This document shows, one piece after another, positions 1 to 10,101 of a DNA stretch of 64,000 nucleotides. The translations under genes were made by a program, and so were the position numbers. Origin of the DNA: Deltaproteobacteria bacterium (GTDB lineage Bacteria; Desulfobacterota; Dissulfuribacteria; Dissulfuribacterales; UBA3076). The number at the start of each line of letters is the position of its first letter. Position 1 is the stretch's first letter. The stretch lies in contig PQXD01000009.1 in NCBI GenBank assembly GCA_003194485.1, forward strand, positions 41,008 through 105,007, given 5' to 3'. The notes under the pieces were generated by a model. It ran no database searches. It saw nothing but the letters and a program-made list of their open reading frames with translations, and was not told where the DNA came from.

Positions 1-1179
1 GAGAGCGGGATAGATATAAAGATCAGGCTGTGTGATACACTTGGTTACGGCGTTACGTATCCCGGTGCAGCCCTTCCAAGGAGTGTTCCGAGACTGGTGA
101 GGGCGATGATAGACGATGCCGGAGTGCCGGGTGAACTCCTTGAGTGGCACGGCCACAACGACTTTCACAAGACAGTGATTAACGCCACCACGGCATGGCT
201 TTATGGATGTGACGCTATAAATGGCACACTGCTGGGATTTGGCGAACGTACAGGCAATACTCCCATAGAGGCGGTATTGATAGAGCGCATAGCCCTGAGG
301 GGAACCGATGATGGTATAGACACAAGGGCCATTACAGAGATGGCCAGGTATTTTGAGAGGGAGCTCGATGTGCACATTCCCAGGAACTATCCCCTGGTTG
401 GTGAAAATTTCAACGCCACCAGTGCGGGCATACATGCAGACGGTCTGCTCAAGAACGAGGAAATTTACAACATATTTAACACCGAGAAGATACTTGGCAG
501 GCCTGTAGCTGTCATTATTTCTGACAAGTCAGGCACAGCGGGCATTGCACACTGGATAAATGCACACCGGGAACTGGATGGCAGACAAAGGATCGATAAG
601 CGTCACCCTGGAGTCGTGCAGATATACAAGCATGTCATGAGAGAGTATGAGCAGGGCAGGGTTACCTCCATGTCAAATGAAGAGATGCATATCCTTGCCA
701 GAAAATACCTGCCGGAACTCTTTATCTCAGAGTTTGACAAGCTTAAGCACAAGGCCCATGAATTGGCCTTCCACCTGGTGGAGGAACTGATAGATCGTAA
801 AGAGATACGATCCATGGATCCTGTTCTTGCAAGGCCTGTCTTTGAGCAGGTCCTCGACGATAATCCTTTTATCCAGTTCCTTTACGTGGTCAATGCAGAC
901 GGGCGCAAAATCACCCAGAACTTCACTCACTTGGAAGATAGGGCCAAATATGCAAACTACCAGTTGGATAGCGATTTCTCTGCCCGTCCCTGGTTTATAG
1001 AGCCAATAAAAGATGGAAATATCCATGTTACTGATTTTTATACATCCAGGATCACAGGCGCCCTCTGTATTACAGTATCAGGCCCGATCCGCAACGATGA
1101 AGATGAGATCGTCGGCATCCTGGGGATAGATCTCCGATTTGAAGACCTCGCAAAGATGGAGCAGGAATCCGAGGAATGA
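1..1179 (+). CDS. HMGL-like/DRE-TIM metallolyase (Re-citrate synthase-like), 5'-truncated by the window edge, with C-terminal Cache/PDC-type domain
   Basis: Frame 1 is open from base 1 (ESGIDIKIRLCDTLGYGVTYPGAALPRSVP). It has WHGHNDF and GFGERTGN motifs. The C-terminal RPWF...TDFYTSRITGALCITVSGPI...GILGIDL resembles a Cache domain. Confidence 0.75.
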   Translation, partial: ESGIDIKIRLCDTLGYGVTYPGAALPRSVPRLVRAMIDDAGVPGELLEWHGHNDFHKTVINATTAWLYGCDAINGTLLGFGERTGNTPIEAVLIERIALRGTDDGIDTRAITEMARYFERELDVHIPRNYPLVGENFNATSAGIHADGLLKNEEIYNIFNTEKILGRPVAVIISDKSGTAGIAHWINAHRELDGRQRIDKRHPGVVQIYKHVMREYEQGRVTSMSNEEMHILARKYLPELFISEFDKLKHKAHELAFHLVEELIDRKEIRSMDPVLARPVFEQVLDDNPFIQFLYVVNADGRKITQNFTHLEDRAKYANYQLDSDFSARPWFIEPIKDGNIHVTDFYTSRITGALCITVSGPIRNDEDEIVGILGIDLRFEDLAKMEQESEE

Positions 1180-2851
1180 GAAGGGCTCTGTTCGGAAGAA
1201 GTGGGCCGGCCGTATCTCCATCGCCCTGATCTTCCCTGATGCCTATTCTGTGGGCATGTCCAATCTCGGCCTCCAGTCGGTCTATGCCGGGCTTAATGCC
1301 GAAAACCGGGTGGTGACCGAGCGGTTCTTTGTGCCGAATCGCCTCTGGCTTTCCGAGGAGTCCGGCAGACCCCTGAAGGACTTTGATCTCATACTCTTTT
1401 CAGTCAGTTTTGAGTCCAATTATCAAAACATGGTAAAGGCCTTGGAAGCAGCAGGGCTGTCTCTCAGGTCTGAAAATCGTCTGGATCAGGAACCGATTGT
1501 GCTGGCAGGTGGGATTGCTACCCAGATCAATCCCGAACCCGTGGCCCCTTTTGTGGACGCCTTTCTCCTTGGCGATTTCGAGGCCATTTCAGGGGCCTTT
1601 GTCTCATGCCTGCCTGAACTCACTGACCGAAGTCTTTCAAGAACTGAACGATTAAAACGGCTTGCGGACAATATTCCCGGGGTCTATGTCCCAAGTGCCT
1701 ATAGGCCTCTCTACAATGCCTCAGGGGATCTGGTCGAGTGGGAATATGAGCGGGGCTTTTCTTTTCCTGTTGTTCCGGCTATCTTTTCCCCGGATTCCCA
1801 ATTTCAAATTCCTCAGGTCCCGCACACCGGGATCCTCAGCCCGTATTCTGTTTTCCCCAATATGTTTTTAATAGAGTTTGCCAGAGGCTGCGGGAAAGGC
1901 TGCAGGTTCTGTGCCGCGGGATTTGTGTATCGGCCTCCGAGACAATGGCCCATTGAGAGCCTCAATGCAGCCCTCCAAGAATGTAAGGATACCGACCGGG
2001 TGGGGCTGGTCGGCCTCGAGTTTCTCGGAAGGGAGGAGATCGGACAGCTTTGCAGAAGGCTCCTGGATAAAGGGCTGAAGCTCGCCTTTTCATCCCTCAG
2101 GGCCGATGAAATTACTCAGGACCTTGTGCGTCTCCTCAAGGCCTCGGATACCAGGCTGGCGACTATTGCGCCAGAGGCAGGGTCCCAGCGGCTGAGACAG
2201 GTGATCAATAAGAATCTTGATGAAGATGTAATATTGAGGGCGGCAGAGACACTTGTATCAGGCGGGGTCCCGAACCTGAAACTCTACTTCATGCTGGGCC
2301 TGCCTTTTGAAGCCGACGAAGACGTCCAGGGCATCGTGAAGCTGGTTGACAAGATCAGGCGCGCTGTCAGGCCGGCCGGCCGGGCAAGGGGTCATATGGG
2401 CTCTGTAACAGCGTCAATCAGCACTTTTGTGCCAAAGGCATGGACCCCGATGCAGTGGGCCGGGTCTGTAAAGAGGCCTGCACTTAAACGCAGGAGACGG
2501 ATACTGCAGAAAGGTCTGCGTAATATGCCAAATGTAAAGTTGCAACTGGACTCTGTGCGTGAAGCCCATTTTCAGACCATATTGAGCAGGGGGGACAGGA
2601 GGCTTGCACCTGTTCTGGAGGCAGTGGCACTCAGGGGGGTCACCTGGAGCAAGGCCCTGAAAGAGGCTGCTCTCTCAGCAGATATGTATTGCAGGGCCCT
2701 GGATGCGGACATGCCTTTTCCATGGGAGATCATAGGCCACAGGGTGCGCAGGGAATATTTGCGGGAAGAATGGAACAAGGCTTCAGAGGGCAGGGAAACG
2801 GCTTTTTGCATCCCCCAAGTCTGTAATAAGTGCGGAGCTTGCTGCATTTGA
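1139..2851 (+). CDS. Radical SAM protein (TIGR03960-like, B12-binding-domain-related)
   Basis: CGKGCRFC CxxxCxxC motif, N-terminal FPDAYSVGMSNLG, YFMLGLP and STFVPK motifs, C-terminal CNKCGAC. The start (TTG 1139) is uncertain. Confidence 0.8.
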   Translation: MKTSQRWSRNPRNEKGSVRKKWAGRISIALIFPDAYSVGMSNLGLQSVYAGLNAENRVVTERFFVPNRLWLSEESGRPLKDFDLILFSVSFESNYQNMVKALEAAGLSLRSENRLDQEPIVLAGGIATQINPEPVAPFVDAFLLGDFEAISGAFVSCLPELTDRSLSRTERLKRLADNIPGVYVPSAYRPLYNASGDLVEWEYERGFSFPVVPAIFSPDSQFQIPQVPHTGILSPYSVFPNMFLIEFARGCGKGCRFCAAGFVYRPPRQWPIESLNAALQECKDTDRVGLVGLEFLGREEIGQLCRRLLDKGLKLAFSSLRADEITQDLVRLLKASDTRLATIAPEAGSQRLRQVINKNLDEDVILRAAETLVSGGVPNLKLYFMLGLPFEADEDVQGIVKLVDKIRRAVRPAGRARGHMGSVTASISTFVPKAWTPMQWAGSVKRPALKRRRRILQKGLRNMPNVKLQLDSVREAHFQTILSRGDRRLAPVLEAVALRGVTWSKALKEAALSADMYCRALDADMPFPWEIIGHRVRREYLREEWNKASEGRETAFCIPQVCNKCGACCI

Positions 2852-2863
2852 CACTTTCATATA

Positions 2864-3700
2864 ATGCTTAGTTTTGATCGAGTCGGAGAGATGACTGTTG
2901 CAGCACTGCTGGCCTCTATAGGTTCGGGCTTTATTGTAGCCTATCAGTATGAGGTGGCGGACCCTTTTGTAACCAGCGTTGCCATTGAAGCAGTACTTCC
3001 CTTTGGCGCCTTCTGGAGGGCCCTGCACTTCTGGACCGGTCAGGCCTTTTTACTTCTGCTTATTTATCACGCATGGCAAAGCATCGATGATCTGCCAAAA
3101 ATCTCCAAGCGGCCTTCGAGTCGCAGACAGTGGACTGTCTTGAGCCTTACCCTCCCTATTGGTATCTTTGTCCTGTTTACCGGATATGTTCTGCGGTATG
3201 ACGGAACAGGTCAGGCTGCGGGCACAATTGCCGAGCACCTCCTCCTGAAGGTCCCGCTGATTGGATCAGGACTCAACCGTTTTCTGATGGCGTGTACAGA
3301 TGAAGGTTTAAGCCGTGTCTACCTTCTGCATCTGCTCCTGACTGTCCTGTTGTGGGGTATTGGCACCTGGTATCACACTCGCCGGGTGATACTGAGCCGG
3401 AAGATTTTTCTGAGCGTTCTGGCCTGTTCCATCGCAGTGGCCGTTCTGTTTAATGCCCCGATAGACCTTCCGGGGAAAAACATAGATCTGATACAGGGCC
3501 CGTGGTTCTTTCTGGGAGTTCAGGAGCTCTTGCGGCATTTTCCGCCGTTCGAAGCCGGAATCCTGTATCCACTGGTGCCTGTGATCGCCTTTGCGTCCCT
3601 GCCCTGGGCAGGTAACGAAAAGATACCTCTCTCGATTCTCATAGGATGGCTTGTGACTTACTTCGGCTTGAGCCTGGCCGGATGGTTGAGGTCAGCCTGA
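2864..3700 (+). CDS. Di-heme cytochrome b (cytochrome b/b6 family)
   Basis: Four heme-ligand His in H-x13-H (ALHFW...YHAW) and H-x14-H (LLHLL...WYH) pairs. FTGYVL motif. GPWFFLG sits at the PEWY position. Confidence 0.85.
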   Translation: MLSFDRVGEMTVAALLASIGSGFIVAYQYEVADPFVTSVAIEAVLPFGAFWRALHFWTGQAFLLLLIYHAWQSIDDLPKISKRPSSRRQWTVLSLTLPIGIFVLFTGYVLRYDGTGQAAGTIAEHLLLKVPLIGSGLNRFLMACTDEGLSRVYLLHLLLTVLLWGIGTWYHTRRVILSRKIFLSVLACSIAVAVLFNAPIDLPGKNIDLIQGPWFFLGVQELLRHFPPFEAGILYPLVPVIAFASLPWAGNEKIPLSILIGWLVTYFGLSLAGWLRSA

Positions 3701-3759
3701 CATGTCATCCAGGGATTGTGGCAGAGAGTCTCCAGATGCGGCATCTCCAACCTGAAAAT

Positions 3760-4719
3760 TCACAGAATAAATTCCAAAATATACTTAATAGCTGGGAATA
3801 GGATACAAAATACCAGTATCGATTTGATCAGCCTGGCCGGGACAAATTTCTGTAACCTTGCTCCGCAATACATGCCGGCAAATCCTCCCATCCCGAACAG
3901 GAGGCCCAGTGCCCAATCCGGTGCAACGGCCATGTGAGGATAAAAGGGAGCTATTGCCTGATAAAACAGCACGCCCACAACTGAGGTTACAAAGGTCCCC
4001 ATCAATGCCGCACCAGCTATAGTATAAACCGGGAGGCAGAAGAAGCTTACAAAGAACGGAGCAATAATGGCCCCTCCTCCTATCCCGTAAATACCGCCGA
4101 TGATACCAACCGAAAAGCTTAACAGCATTATTCCCATGGCGTTTATATCAAACGTTTGGCCATAGAATTCATAGATAATGCGGGAGATATTGAACTTCTT
4201 TACGATAATTCGTGGTAATTGCTTTTGACCTGAAGCGGTTCCGGATTGATTTGATTCATAGTATTCTTTAACTACCTTCTGGAATTGCTCCTCTGCTGAC
4301 ATTCGATGGCCATCGGCCTGCTTTTTCTTAAGCACATCTTTTATCAATCTACCACCAATATATAAGAGGACCAGACCGGCAAACATCTTGAAGTTCTTTG
4401 GATCCGGAAGGTACTGTATTCGCAGAATGGCACCGATTAAGACCCCGGGCAGGGTTCCTATTATGACCGCCCATGTGAGCGGCCATACCATTCGGCCTTC
4501 CCTGATATATCGATAAACGCCGCTGGGAATGGCAACAATATTGAAAAGATGGTTAGTGGCACTGACTGCCGGGCTGCTGAAACCAAGGAAACTGACCTGG
4601 AAGGGCAAGATCAGAAAGGCGCCTGACACACCCCCCATTGAGGTAAAGAAAGAAATAACAAAAGCTACAAGAGGCGGGATCCAGGGACTAACTTGGATAT
4701 CGGCAATCGGGAAATACAT
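3760..4719 (-). CDS. Sulfite exporter TauE/SafE family membrane protein
   Basis: Duplicated Gly-rich TM motifs (GGVSGAFLILPF; GGIYGIGGGAIIAPF) and multiple hydrophobic helices. Confidence 0.85.
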   Translation of the reverse strand: MYFPIADIQVSPWIPPLVAFVISFFTSMGGVSGAFLILPFQVSFLGFSSPAVSATNHLFNIVAIPSGVYRYIREGRMVWPLTWAVIIGTLPGVLIGAILRIQYLPDPKNFKMFAGLVLLYIGGRLIKDVLKKKQADGHRMSAEEQFQKVVKEYYESNQSGTASGQKQLPRIIVKKFNISRIIYEFYGQTFDINAMGIMLLSFSVGIIGGIYGIGGGAIIAPFFVSFFCLPVYTIAGAALMGTFVTSVVGVLFYQAIAPFYPHMAVAPDWALGLLFGMGGFAGMYCGARLQKFVPARLIKSILVFCILFPAIKYILEFIL

Positions 4720-4792
4720 TCAGAAATCCTCAGATAGCCGCCTGCAAAATTCAGGATTCATTATGATTGGCGTTCATAGGTTCAGTTGTTTT

Positions 4793-4987
4793 GTAAATAT
4801 TCGGTGAACCCTTTATATCCTGCCTTGAAGCGGTTACCTTTTTCCGGGTTTCAAAGCTCACTCATTGCAGACCGGAGAGGCAGTGCAATCCGGCCCGCGA
4901 TCGAAACCCTGCAAAAGGTAAACCGCTCCTGCGGCAGGGCACGGATGGCAACTTCCACAGCGGACCGCGGGTTCACCGAATATTTAC
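4793..4987. mobile_element. MITE family A, full-length 195 bp
   Basis: Perfect 19-bp TIR gtaaatattcggtgaaccc/gggttcaccgaatatttac. Flanks gttgtttt (4785-92) and gttgcttt (4988-95) form a 7/8 TSD. Confidence 0.9.
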
Positions 4988-5038
4988 GTTGCTTTGACCT
5001 TACAACTTTGAGGATGTTCCGCCGTAAACAGTTACGAA

Positions 5039-5737
5039 TCAAGCTATTTCTCCCCAAAAAGTGACGCCTTCTAACGTCATTCCTTTTGCATACGCCTTTG
5101 CACTTTGGTCTGCCCTGCGGAGGGGCTCGGATATTCTGTATCTGGATGAAAGATTCAGAATTACTTCTATTGACGTTTTCAGGCTTACTCCATGCCCTGG
5201 ACTGACAAAGACAGGCTTTGTATTGTCCCGTGTTACTAAGACTGCACCGATTACCCCTTTCTCATCCTTGATGAACAGGCAATTCCCTCTCTTCTTATCT
5301 ATTTTTCCATTGTAATGCATCAAAGTCTCTTTAGCACAACCTATTGAGGGGATGTCAGTATTCACACCAATCCAGCAGGCAACTCCAAAACGTCTTGGAT
5401 GTGCTATCCCGTGCCCATCCACAATGATCAATTCGGGCTGCAGAGACAGGCGCTTTTTGGCTGCTTCCAGCATTTCCAGCAACAGAGGCCCTTCCCTGAA
5501 GCAAAAGAATTGCGGTACGTATGGGACTTCTACCTTTGCAGTACCTACATAAGTGCCAACAATTCCACCTTTCCATTTCTGCACATCCAATGCAATACAG
5601 GCCTTATCTTTCACATAGTGGACATCCAGACTAAAAATGATATCATATTCTTGCGGATGGTAACCTGAATCATCGGGCGGAATACACACTTTTTGCGCCA
5701 GCTTTTTCTGCAGTTCGGCCAAGTATGTCCTGTTCAT
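5039..5737 (-). CDS. nfi: Endonuclease V
   Basis: YVPQFFCFREGP, IVDGHGIAHPRRFGVAC, IGCAK, PVFVSPGH and EPLRRAD motifs. Confidence 0.92.
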   Translation of the reverse strand: MNRTYLAELQKKLAQKVCIPPDDSGYHPQEYDIIFSLDVHYVKDKACIALDVQKWKGGIVGTYVGTAKVEVPYVPQFFCFREGPLLLEMLEAAKKRLSLQPELIIVDGHGIAHPRRFGVACWIGVNTDIPSIGCAKETLMHYNGKIDKKRGNCLFIKDEKGVIGAVLVTRDNTKPVFVSPGHGVSLKTSIEVILNLSSRYRISEPLRRADQSAKAYAKGMTLEGVTFWGEIA

Positions 5738-5831
5738 TGAGTATCTGTTTTCATTTTGTCATGATCCTGTTATTAATGACCGAATATAAGAGAGGTAAAA
5801 TATTTTCATCCGTGTATTTTTGAGGTTCGTC

Positions 5832-6683
5832 ATGAAATATTCGTGGCTGTTGATATCAGTCACCTTTAGAGACGGAAACAATTCAGAACCTGCGCACACA
5901 TATCAGCATAGGCTGTTTCCGAAATCTTACAATAAGACCGGCTTTGGTGCCTTTTTTCTTGTTTTTTTCCTCTTTTTTCATTTATCAGGTTGCGGGCACC
6001 GGCATATATCGCCTCCAACAATATCCATTCGGCGATTACCTGCAACCCAGCGTCCCTATGAGGTGAATGGACACGTTTACTATCCCTTGCCCTCTGCCGA
6101 AGGCTTTGTGGAGGAAGGGTATGCATCCTGGTATGGAGGCAAGTTTCACGGAAGGCCGACCGCCAGCGGCGAGCCATACAACATGTATGCCATGACTGCT
6201 GCCCACCGCATATTGCCCATGAATACATATGTCAGAGTAATCAACCTTGAAAATGGGCGGGAAGTCGTAGCCAGGATCAGCGACCGCGGGCCTTTTGCCA
6301 AGAACAGGATTATAGATCTCAGCTATGGGGCAGCCAGGAAGGTGGGGCTGATCGGTCCGGGTGTGGCAAGAGTGAGGATAGAGGCGCTGGGAGAGGTCCG
6401 GCCTGGAGCCGGAATTCCCGCGGTATTTAAGCCACACCCTGATTTCAGAAGAGGGAAATTCTATGTACAGGTAGGGGCCTTTTTGGAACCGGATAACGCT
6501 TATGCCCTGGGGCGAAAAATAAACAGATATTATAAGGATGTGGCTGTATTTCGCCAACAAAGAGGAGATCAGACCTTTTACCTGGTGCAGGTATTTGCAT
6601 CCACCGAGTATAATACGGCCAAGGACTTTGAAGCCAGGCTTGAAAGCTCAGGTTTCCCGGAGGCTTTTGTGGTTGCCAGATGA
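5832..6683 (+). CDS. rlpA: Septal ring lytic transglycosylase RlpA family lipoprotein with SPOR domain
   Basis: Lipobox LSGC, ASWYG, TASGEPYNM...TAAHR, RISDRGPF...RIIDLS and C-terminal YVQVGAF SPOR domain. The start is uncertain (5820/5832). Confidence 0.9.
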   Translation: MKYSWLLISVTFRDGNNSEPAHTYQHRLFPKSYNKTGFGAFFLVFFLFFHLSGCGHRHISPPTISIRRLPATQRPYEVNGHVYYPLPSAEGFVEEGYASWYGGKFHGRPTASGEPYNMYAMTAAHRILPMNTYVRVINLENGREVVARISDRGPFAKNRIIDLSYGAARKVGLIGPGVARVRIEALGEVRPGAGIPAVFKPHPDFRRGKFYVQVGAFLEPDNAYALGRKINRYYKDVAVFRQQRGDQTFYLVQVFASTEYNTAKDFEARLESSGFPEAFVVAR

Positions 6684-6705
6684 GGTGGAGAGGCCTGTAT
6701 CTTGC

Positions 6706-6734
6706 TTGACAGGTATCTCTGTGGGCCGTAATTT
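6706..6734 (+). promoter_or_regulatory. Putative sigma70 promoter of the T2SS operon
   Basis: TTGACA (6706-11), 17-nt spacer, TAATTT (6729-34), about 45 nt upstream of gspG TTG. Confidence 0.4.
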
Positions 6735-6777
6735 AATTAGTAATGATTTGAGCATGATATTGTCGGAGGTATTATTT

Positions 6778-7227
6778 TTGAGAAAAAGACTGAATGACCG
6801 TGGTCTTGCAAGGGGCATTGAGAGAGATTCGGGTTTTACCTTGATCGAGCTCCTGGTAGTGGTGATAATCATCGGACTCTTGGCTTCCCTGGTGGCACCC
6901 AAATTTTTCGGAAAGCTGGGAATGAGCAAACAAAAGGCCGCAAAGGCCCAGATCGAGCTCTTTGGCGCCGCCCTTGACGAGTTTCGCCTGGATAACGGTC
7001 GTTATCCTGATACTGAGGAGGGCCTTTCGGCCTTGCGGGAAAAGCCGGATGATCTTGAAAACTGGGCCGGGCCCTATCTGCCCAAGGCCGTTCCAAAGGA
7101 TCCGTGGGGACACGAATACGTCTACAAATCTCCCGGAGAGCACTATGACTATGATCTGATCAGCTACGGCCGTGACGGTGAGCCAGGTGGAGAAGGTGAA
7201 GACTCGGACATAGTAAGTTGGAAGTGA
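6778..7227 (+). CDS. gspG: T2SS major pseudopilin GspG
   Basis: SG|FTLIELLVV prepilin site, YPDTEEGLSAL, W.GPYL...PKDPWG...Y. GGAGG at 6765-69 precedes TTG 6778. Confidence 0.95.
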   Translation: MRKRLNDRGLARGIERDSGFTLIELLVVVIIIGLLASLVAPKFFGKLGMSKQKAAKAQIELFGAALDEFRLDNGRYPDTEEGLSALREKPDDLENWAGPYLPKAVPKDPWGHEYVYKSPGEHYDYDLISYGRDGEPGGEGEDSDIVSWK

Positions 7228-7232
7228 AGTAA

Positions 7233-8885
7233 TTGGGTGATCCTGTGAATATTCAAAACGTAGGATCTCGCCTGGTGTCTTTATTCAAAGGGAAAGGCGG
7301 GAACGGATTCCAAAACGCAGGCGGCGATCAGGTTCCTGGAGCCGAATCAAACTTAGCGGAGATTTCAGGGCCGGGATTTCCTGAAATAAGTGCGGCTGAT
7401 TTCCCAGACAAGCCACCCATGATTAATGGGCTGTCTCCGCAGCTAATGCGGCAGTGGCGGGTCGTCACACTGTCCCTGGACGACTCTGAAGCCAGGGTGG
7501 CCATGGCCACGCCCCAGGATCTGTACATGAGGGAGCTCCTTGAAAGTATTTACCAGAAGCCGGTCAGGCCCTTTCTCGCCAGTGAAGAGGATATCCTGGC
7601 CGCTGTTTACAGGTGGTACGAAGCCGATTCGGACCTGGGAGGAGAGGAGTCAGAGGACGAATCACGCGCTGTTGATGAGCTGTGGGAAGATCCTGAACAG
7701 TTGCGGGACCTTGCCTCCGAGGCCCCTGTGATACGTCTTGTAAACCACGTTATCAGCCAGGCCCTTGAAGTAAAGGCCTCAGATATACATTTTGAGCCGT
7801 TCAGGGATCTCTTGAAGGTAAGGTTCCGTATAGATGGAGTCCTTCACGACATCGAGACGGTCTCAAAAAGGCTACAGCCTGCGATTACCTCACGGCTGAA
7901 GCTTATGGGCAAGATGAATATCGCTGAGATGCGCTTGCCTCAGGACGGGCGCATCAAGGTCCGCGAAGGGCAAAGAGAGATCGACATAAGGGTCTCTTCT
8001 CTGCCCACCCTTTTTGGGGAAAGTGTAGTGCTCAGGCTCCTGAACCGGGAGGAGGTCCGGCTGGAACTTGAAACCCTCGGGATTTCAGCCGATATACTGG
8101 GAGATTTTGAAAAGATAATTTCAAGGCCCTATGGGCTGGTCCTGGTCACCGGTCCGACCGGCAGCGGGAAGACCACTACTCTTTACGGGGTCATGAACCG
8201 CATCAATGCCCCTGACAAGAAGATTGTAACAGTAGAAGACCCGGTTGAGTATCAGCTCGATGGAATAAATCAGATCCAGATCCGTCCTGAGATAGGGTTG
8301 GGCTTTGCCTCCGCCCTCCGCAATATCCTCAGGCAGGACCCGGACGTGATACTTATAGGGGAGATCAGGGACGCTGAGACCGCCGAGATTGCCATACAGT
8401 CCGCCCTTACCGGACATCTTGTATTTTCTACCCTTCACACAAACGATGCTGCAAGTGCAATTACCAGGTTGCAGGAAATGGGCATCGAGTCTTATCTTTT
8501 GTCTTCCTGCCTGCTGGCAGTGATGGCCCAGAGACTGGTGAGGAAGATCTGTCCCCATTGCCGGACTTCCTATGATCTGCCGCCCGGTTTTTTAGATGAG
8601 GTAGTTCAGGCCCTTGGAGCGGACAATATCCAGGCCCCATCCGAGGTCTGGCGGGGTAAGGGTTGCGCTCACTGCGCCAATACGGGGTTTTCAGGTCGTA
8701 CCGGCATATACGAGCTGATCAGGGTGGATGACGAGATAAGAAGAATGATAGTAAAGGGTGCTGACAGCAGCTCAATCCTTTCCAAGGCACAATCCCTGGG
8801 CATGAGGACGCTCCGTCAGGACGGCCTTCTAAAGGTCCTTGCAGCTCAGACAACCTTTGAAGAGGTTATGAGAGTCACTAATTAA
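7233..8885 (+). CDS. gspE: T2SS ATPase GspE
   Basis: ASDIHFEP, GPTGSGKTTTLY Walker [32 protein letters not shown] and Cys-pair Zn motif. Confidence 0.95.
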   Translation: MGDPVNIQNVGSRLVSLFKGKGGNGFQNAGGDQVPGAESNLAEISGPGFPEISAADFPDKPPMINGLSPQLMRQWRVVTLSLDDSEARVAMATPQDLYMRELLESIYQKPVRPFLASEEDILAAVYRWYEADSDLGGEESEDESRAVDELWEDPEQLRDLASEAPVIRLVNHVISQALEVKASDIHFEPFRDLLKVRFRIDGVLHDIETVSKRLQPAITSRLKLMGKMNIAEMRLPQDGRIKVREGQREIDIRVSSLPTLFGESVVLRLLNREEVRLELETLGISADILGDFEKIISRPYGLVLVTGPTGSGKTTTLYGVMNRINAPDKKIVTVEDPVEYQLDGINQIQIRPEIGLGFASALRNILRQDPDVILIGEIRDAETAEIAIQSALTGHLVFSTLHTNDAASAITRLQEMGIESYLLSSCLLAVMAQRLVRKICPHCRTSYDLPPGFLDEVVQALGADNIQAPSEVWRGKGCAHCANTGFSGRTGIYELIRVDDEIRRMIVKGADSSSILSKAQSLGMRTLRQDGLLKVLAAQTTFEEVMRVTN

Positions 8886-8886
8886 A

Positions 8887-10092
8887 ATGCCTACCTTTGC
8901 TTATGAGGCCCTGGATGTTAAAGGGCAAAAAATTCAGGGGACCGGCGAGGCTTCAAGCCAGGATCTCTTAATTTCTATGCTGATCTCTAAGGGCCTTCAG
9001 CCTGTCAGGGTTAAGAGGCTGAAGCGGTTTTATGCTTTGTGGAGCAGGAAAGGGGTCAGGTTCAGACATGATGATCTCCTCTACTTCACCAGGGAATTGG
9101 CTGATCTTCTGGAGGCCGGTGTCCCTCTGGAACGGGCTCTGGCCGTCGTGGAAGATGCTGCTGAGCAAAAGACAATACGTGAGCTGATTAATACCATAAG
9201 ACGGGAGATCCAGGGGGGTAAAAAGCTGTCAGAGGCCTTATCTTCCTATCCGGACATCTTCAACCGCCTCTACATCAATATGATACGGGTTGGGGAGTTG
9301 GGAGGTGTCCTCCCCATGGTTCTTAAAAGGTTGGATGGTTTCATCGAGCGTTCAAGAAATATTCGAAAGTTTATTATTACTTCATCGATCTATCCCGGCA
9401 TCCTGGCCCTTGTGGGCATCCTGTCCGTCTTTATCCTGGTGACCTTTGTAGTGCCAAAGTTTGGCCAGATCTTTGAGGATCTCAATCAGCCTATGCCCCT
9501 GGCCACCAGGTTAATAGTCAGGGCCAGCATGTTTCTTCAGTCATGGTGGTGGCTGTTATGCCTGGTTATTCTTGTACTTGGCACCGGTTTTTACTCCTAT
9601 ATCAAGACACCTGATGGAAGGGCCTGGTGGGACAGGGCAGTGCTTCGCCTGCCCTTGGCCGGCTCCATGTTGCTGAAGATAGAACTCGGTCGTCTGGCCC
9701 GCACCATGGGTACCTTGCTTGAGAGCGGTGTTCCCATACTCAAGGGTATTTCCCTCTCGGGAGAAGTGGTGTCCAACAGCGTCATACGGGGTGCTGTGGA
9801 GGACCTGTATAAGGGGGTCCGCCAGGGAAAGAGTCTCAGTCAGCTTATGAAACAGGCAAAGGTGTTTCCGTCACTCATGGTACATCTGGTGGCTATTGGG
9901 GAGGAAACAGGGGCCATGGGGCCCATGCTTCTGAAGATTGCAGATGATCTCGAAGAAAGGGTCCAGCACGATACCAAGGTCTATCTGTCCTTGGTGGAAC
10001 CTGTAACCATAGTACTGATGGGAATTATTATCGGCGGGATTATCCTGTCCATGCTCCTTGCCATATTCGGTATTAATGATGTGGCCTTATAA
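8887..10092 (+). CDS. gspF: T2SS inner membrane platform protein GspF
   Basis: MPTFAYEALD start, GELGG, IYP, GEETG motifs and three TM segments. Confidence 0.93.
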   Translation: MPTFAYEALDVKGQKIQGTGEASSQDLLISMLISKGLQPVRVKRLKRFYALWSRKGVRFRHDDLLYFTRELADLLEAGVPLERALAVVEDAAEQKTIRELINTIRREIQGGKKLSEALSSYPDIFNRLYINMIRVGELGGVLPMVLKRLDGFIERSRNIRKFIITSSIYPGILALVGILSVFILVTFVVPKFGQIFEDLNQPMPLATRLIVRASMFLQSWWWLLCLVILVLGTGFYSYIKTPDGRAWWDRAVLRLPLAGSMLLKIELGRLARTMGTLLESGVPILKGISLSGEVVSNSVIRGAVEDLYKGVRQGKSLSQLMKQAKVFPSLMVHLVAIGEETGAMGPMLLKIADDLEERVQHDTKVYLSLVEPVTIVLMGIIIGGIILSMLLAIFGINDVAL

Positions 10093-10101
10093 AAGGTCAA
10101 A

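Noticed and set aside
2848-2865. TTGACA and TATAAT before the cytochrome b gene
   Set aside because: The spacer is only 6 nt and the TATAAT overlaps the start codon.
4786-5064. Recurrent ORFs MNPLYPALKRLPFSG... and ...RIALPLRSAMSEL (also 38620, 41574, 41648, 48249, 53523)
   Set aside because: They are translations of MITE family A. Element plus TSD is 203 bp, not a multiple of 3, and no transposase motif or RBS is evident.
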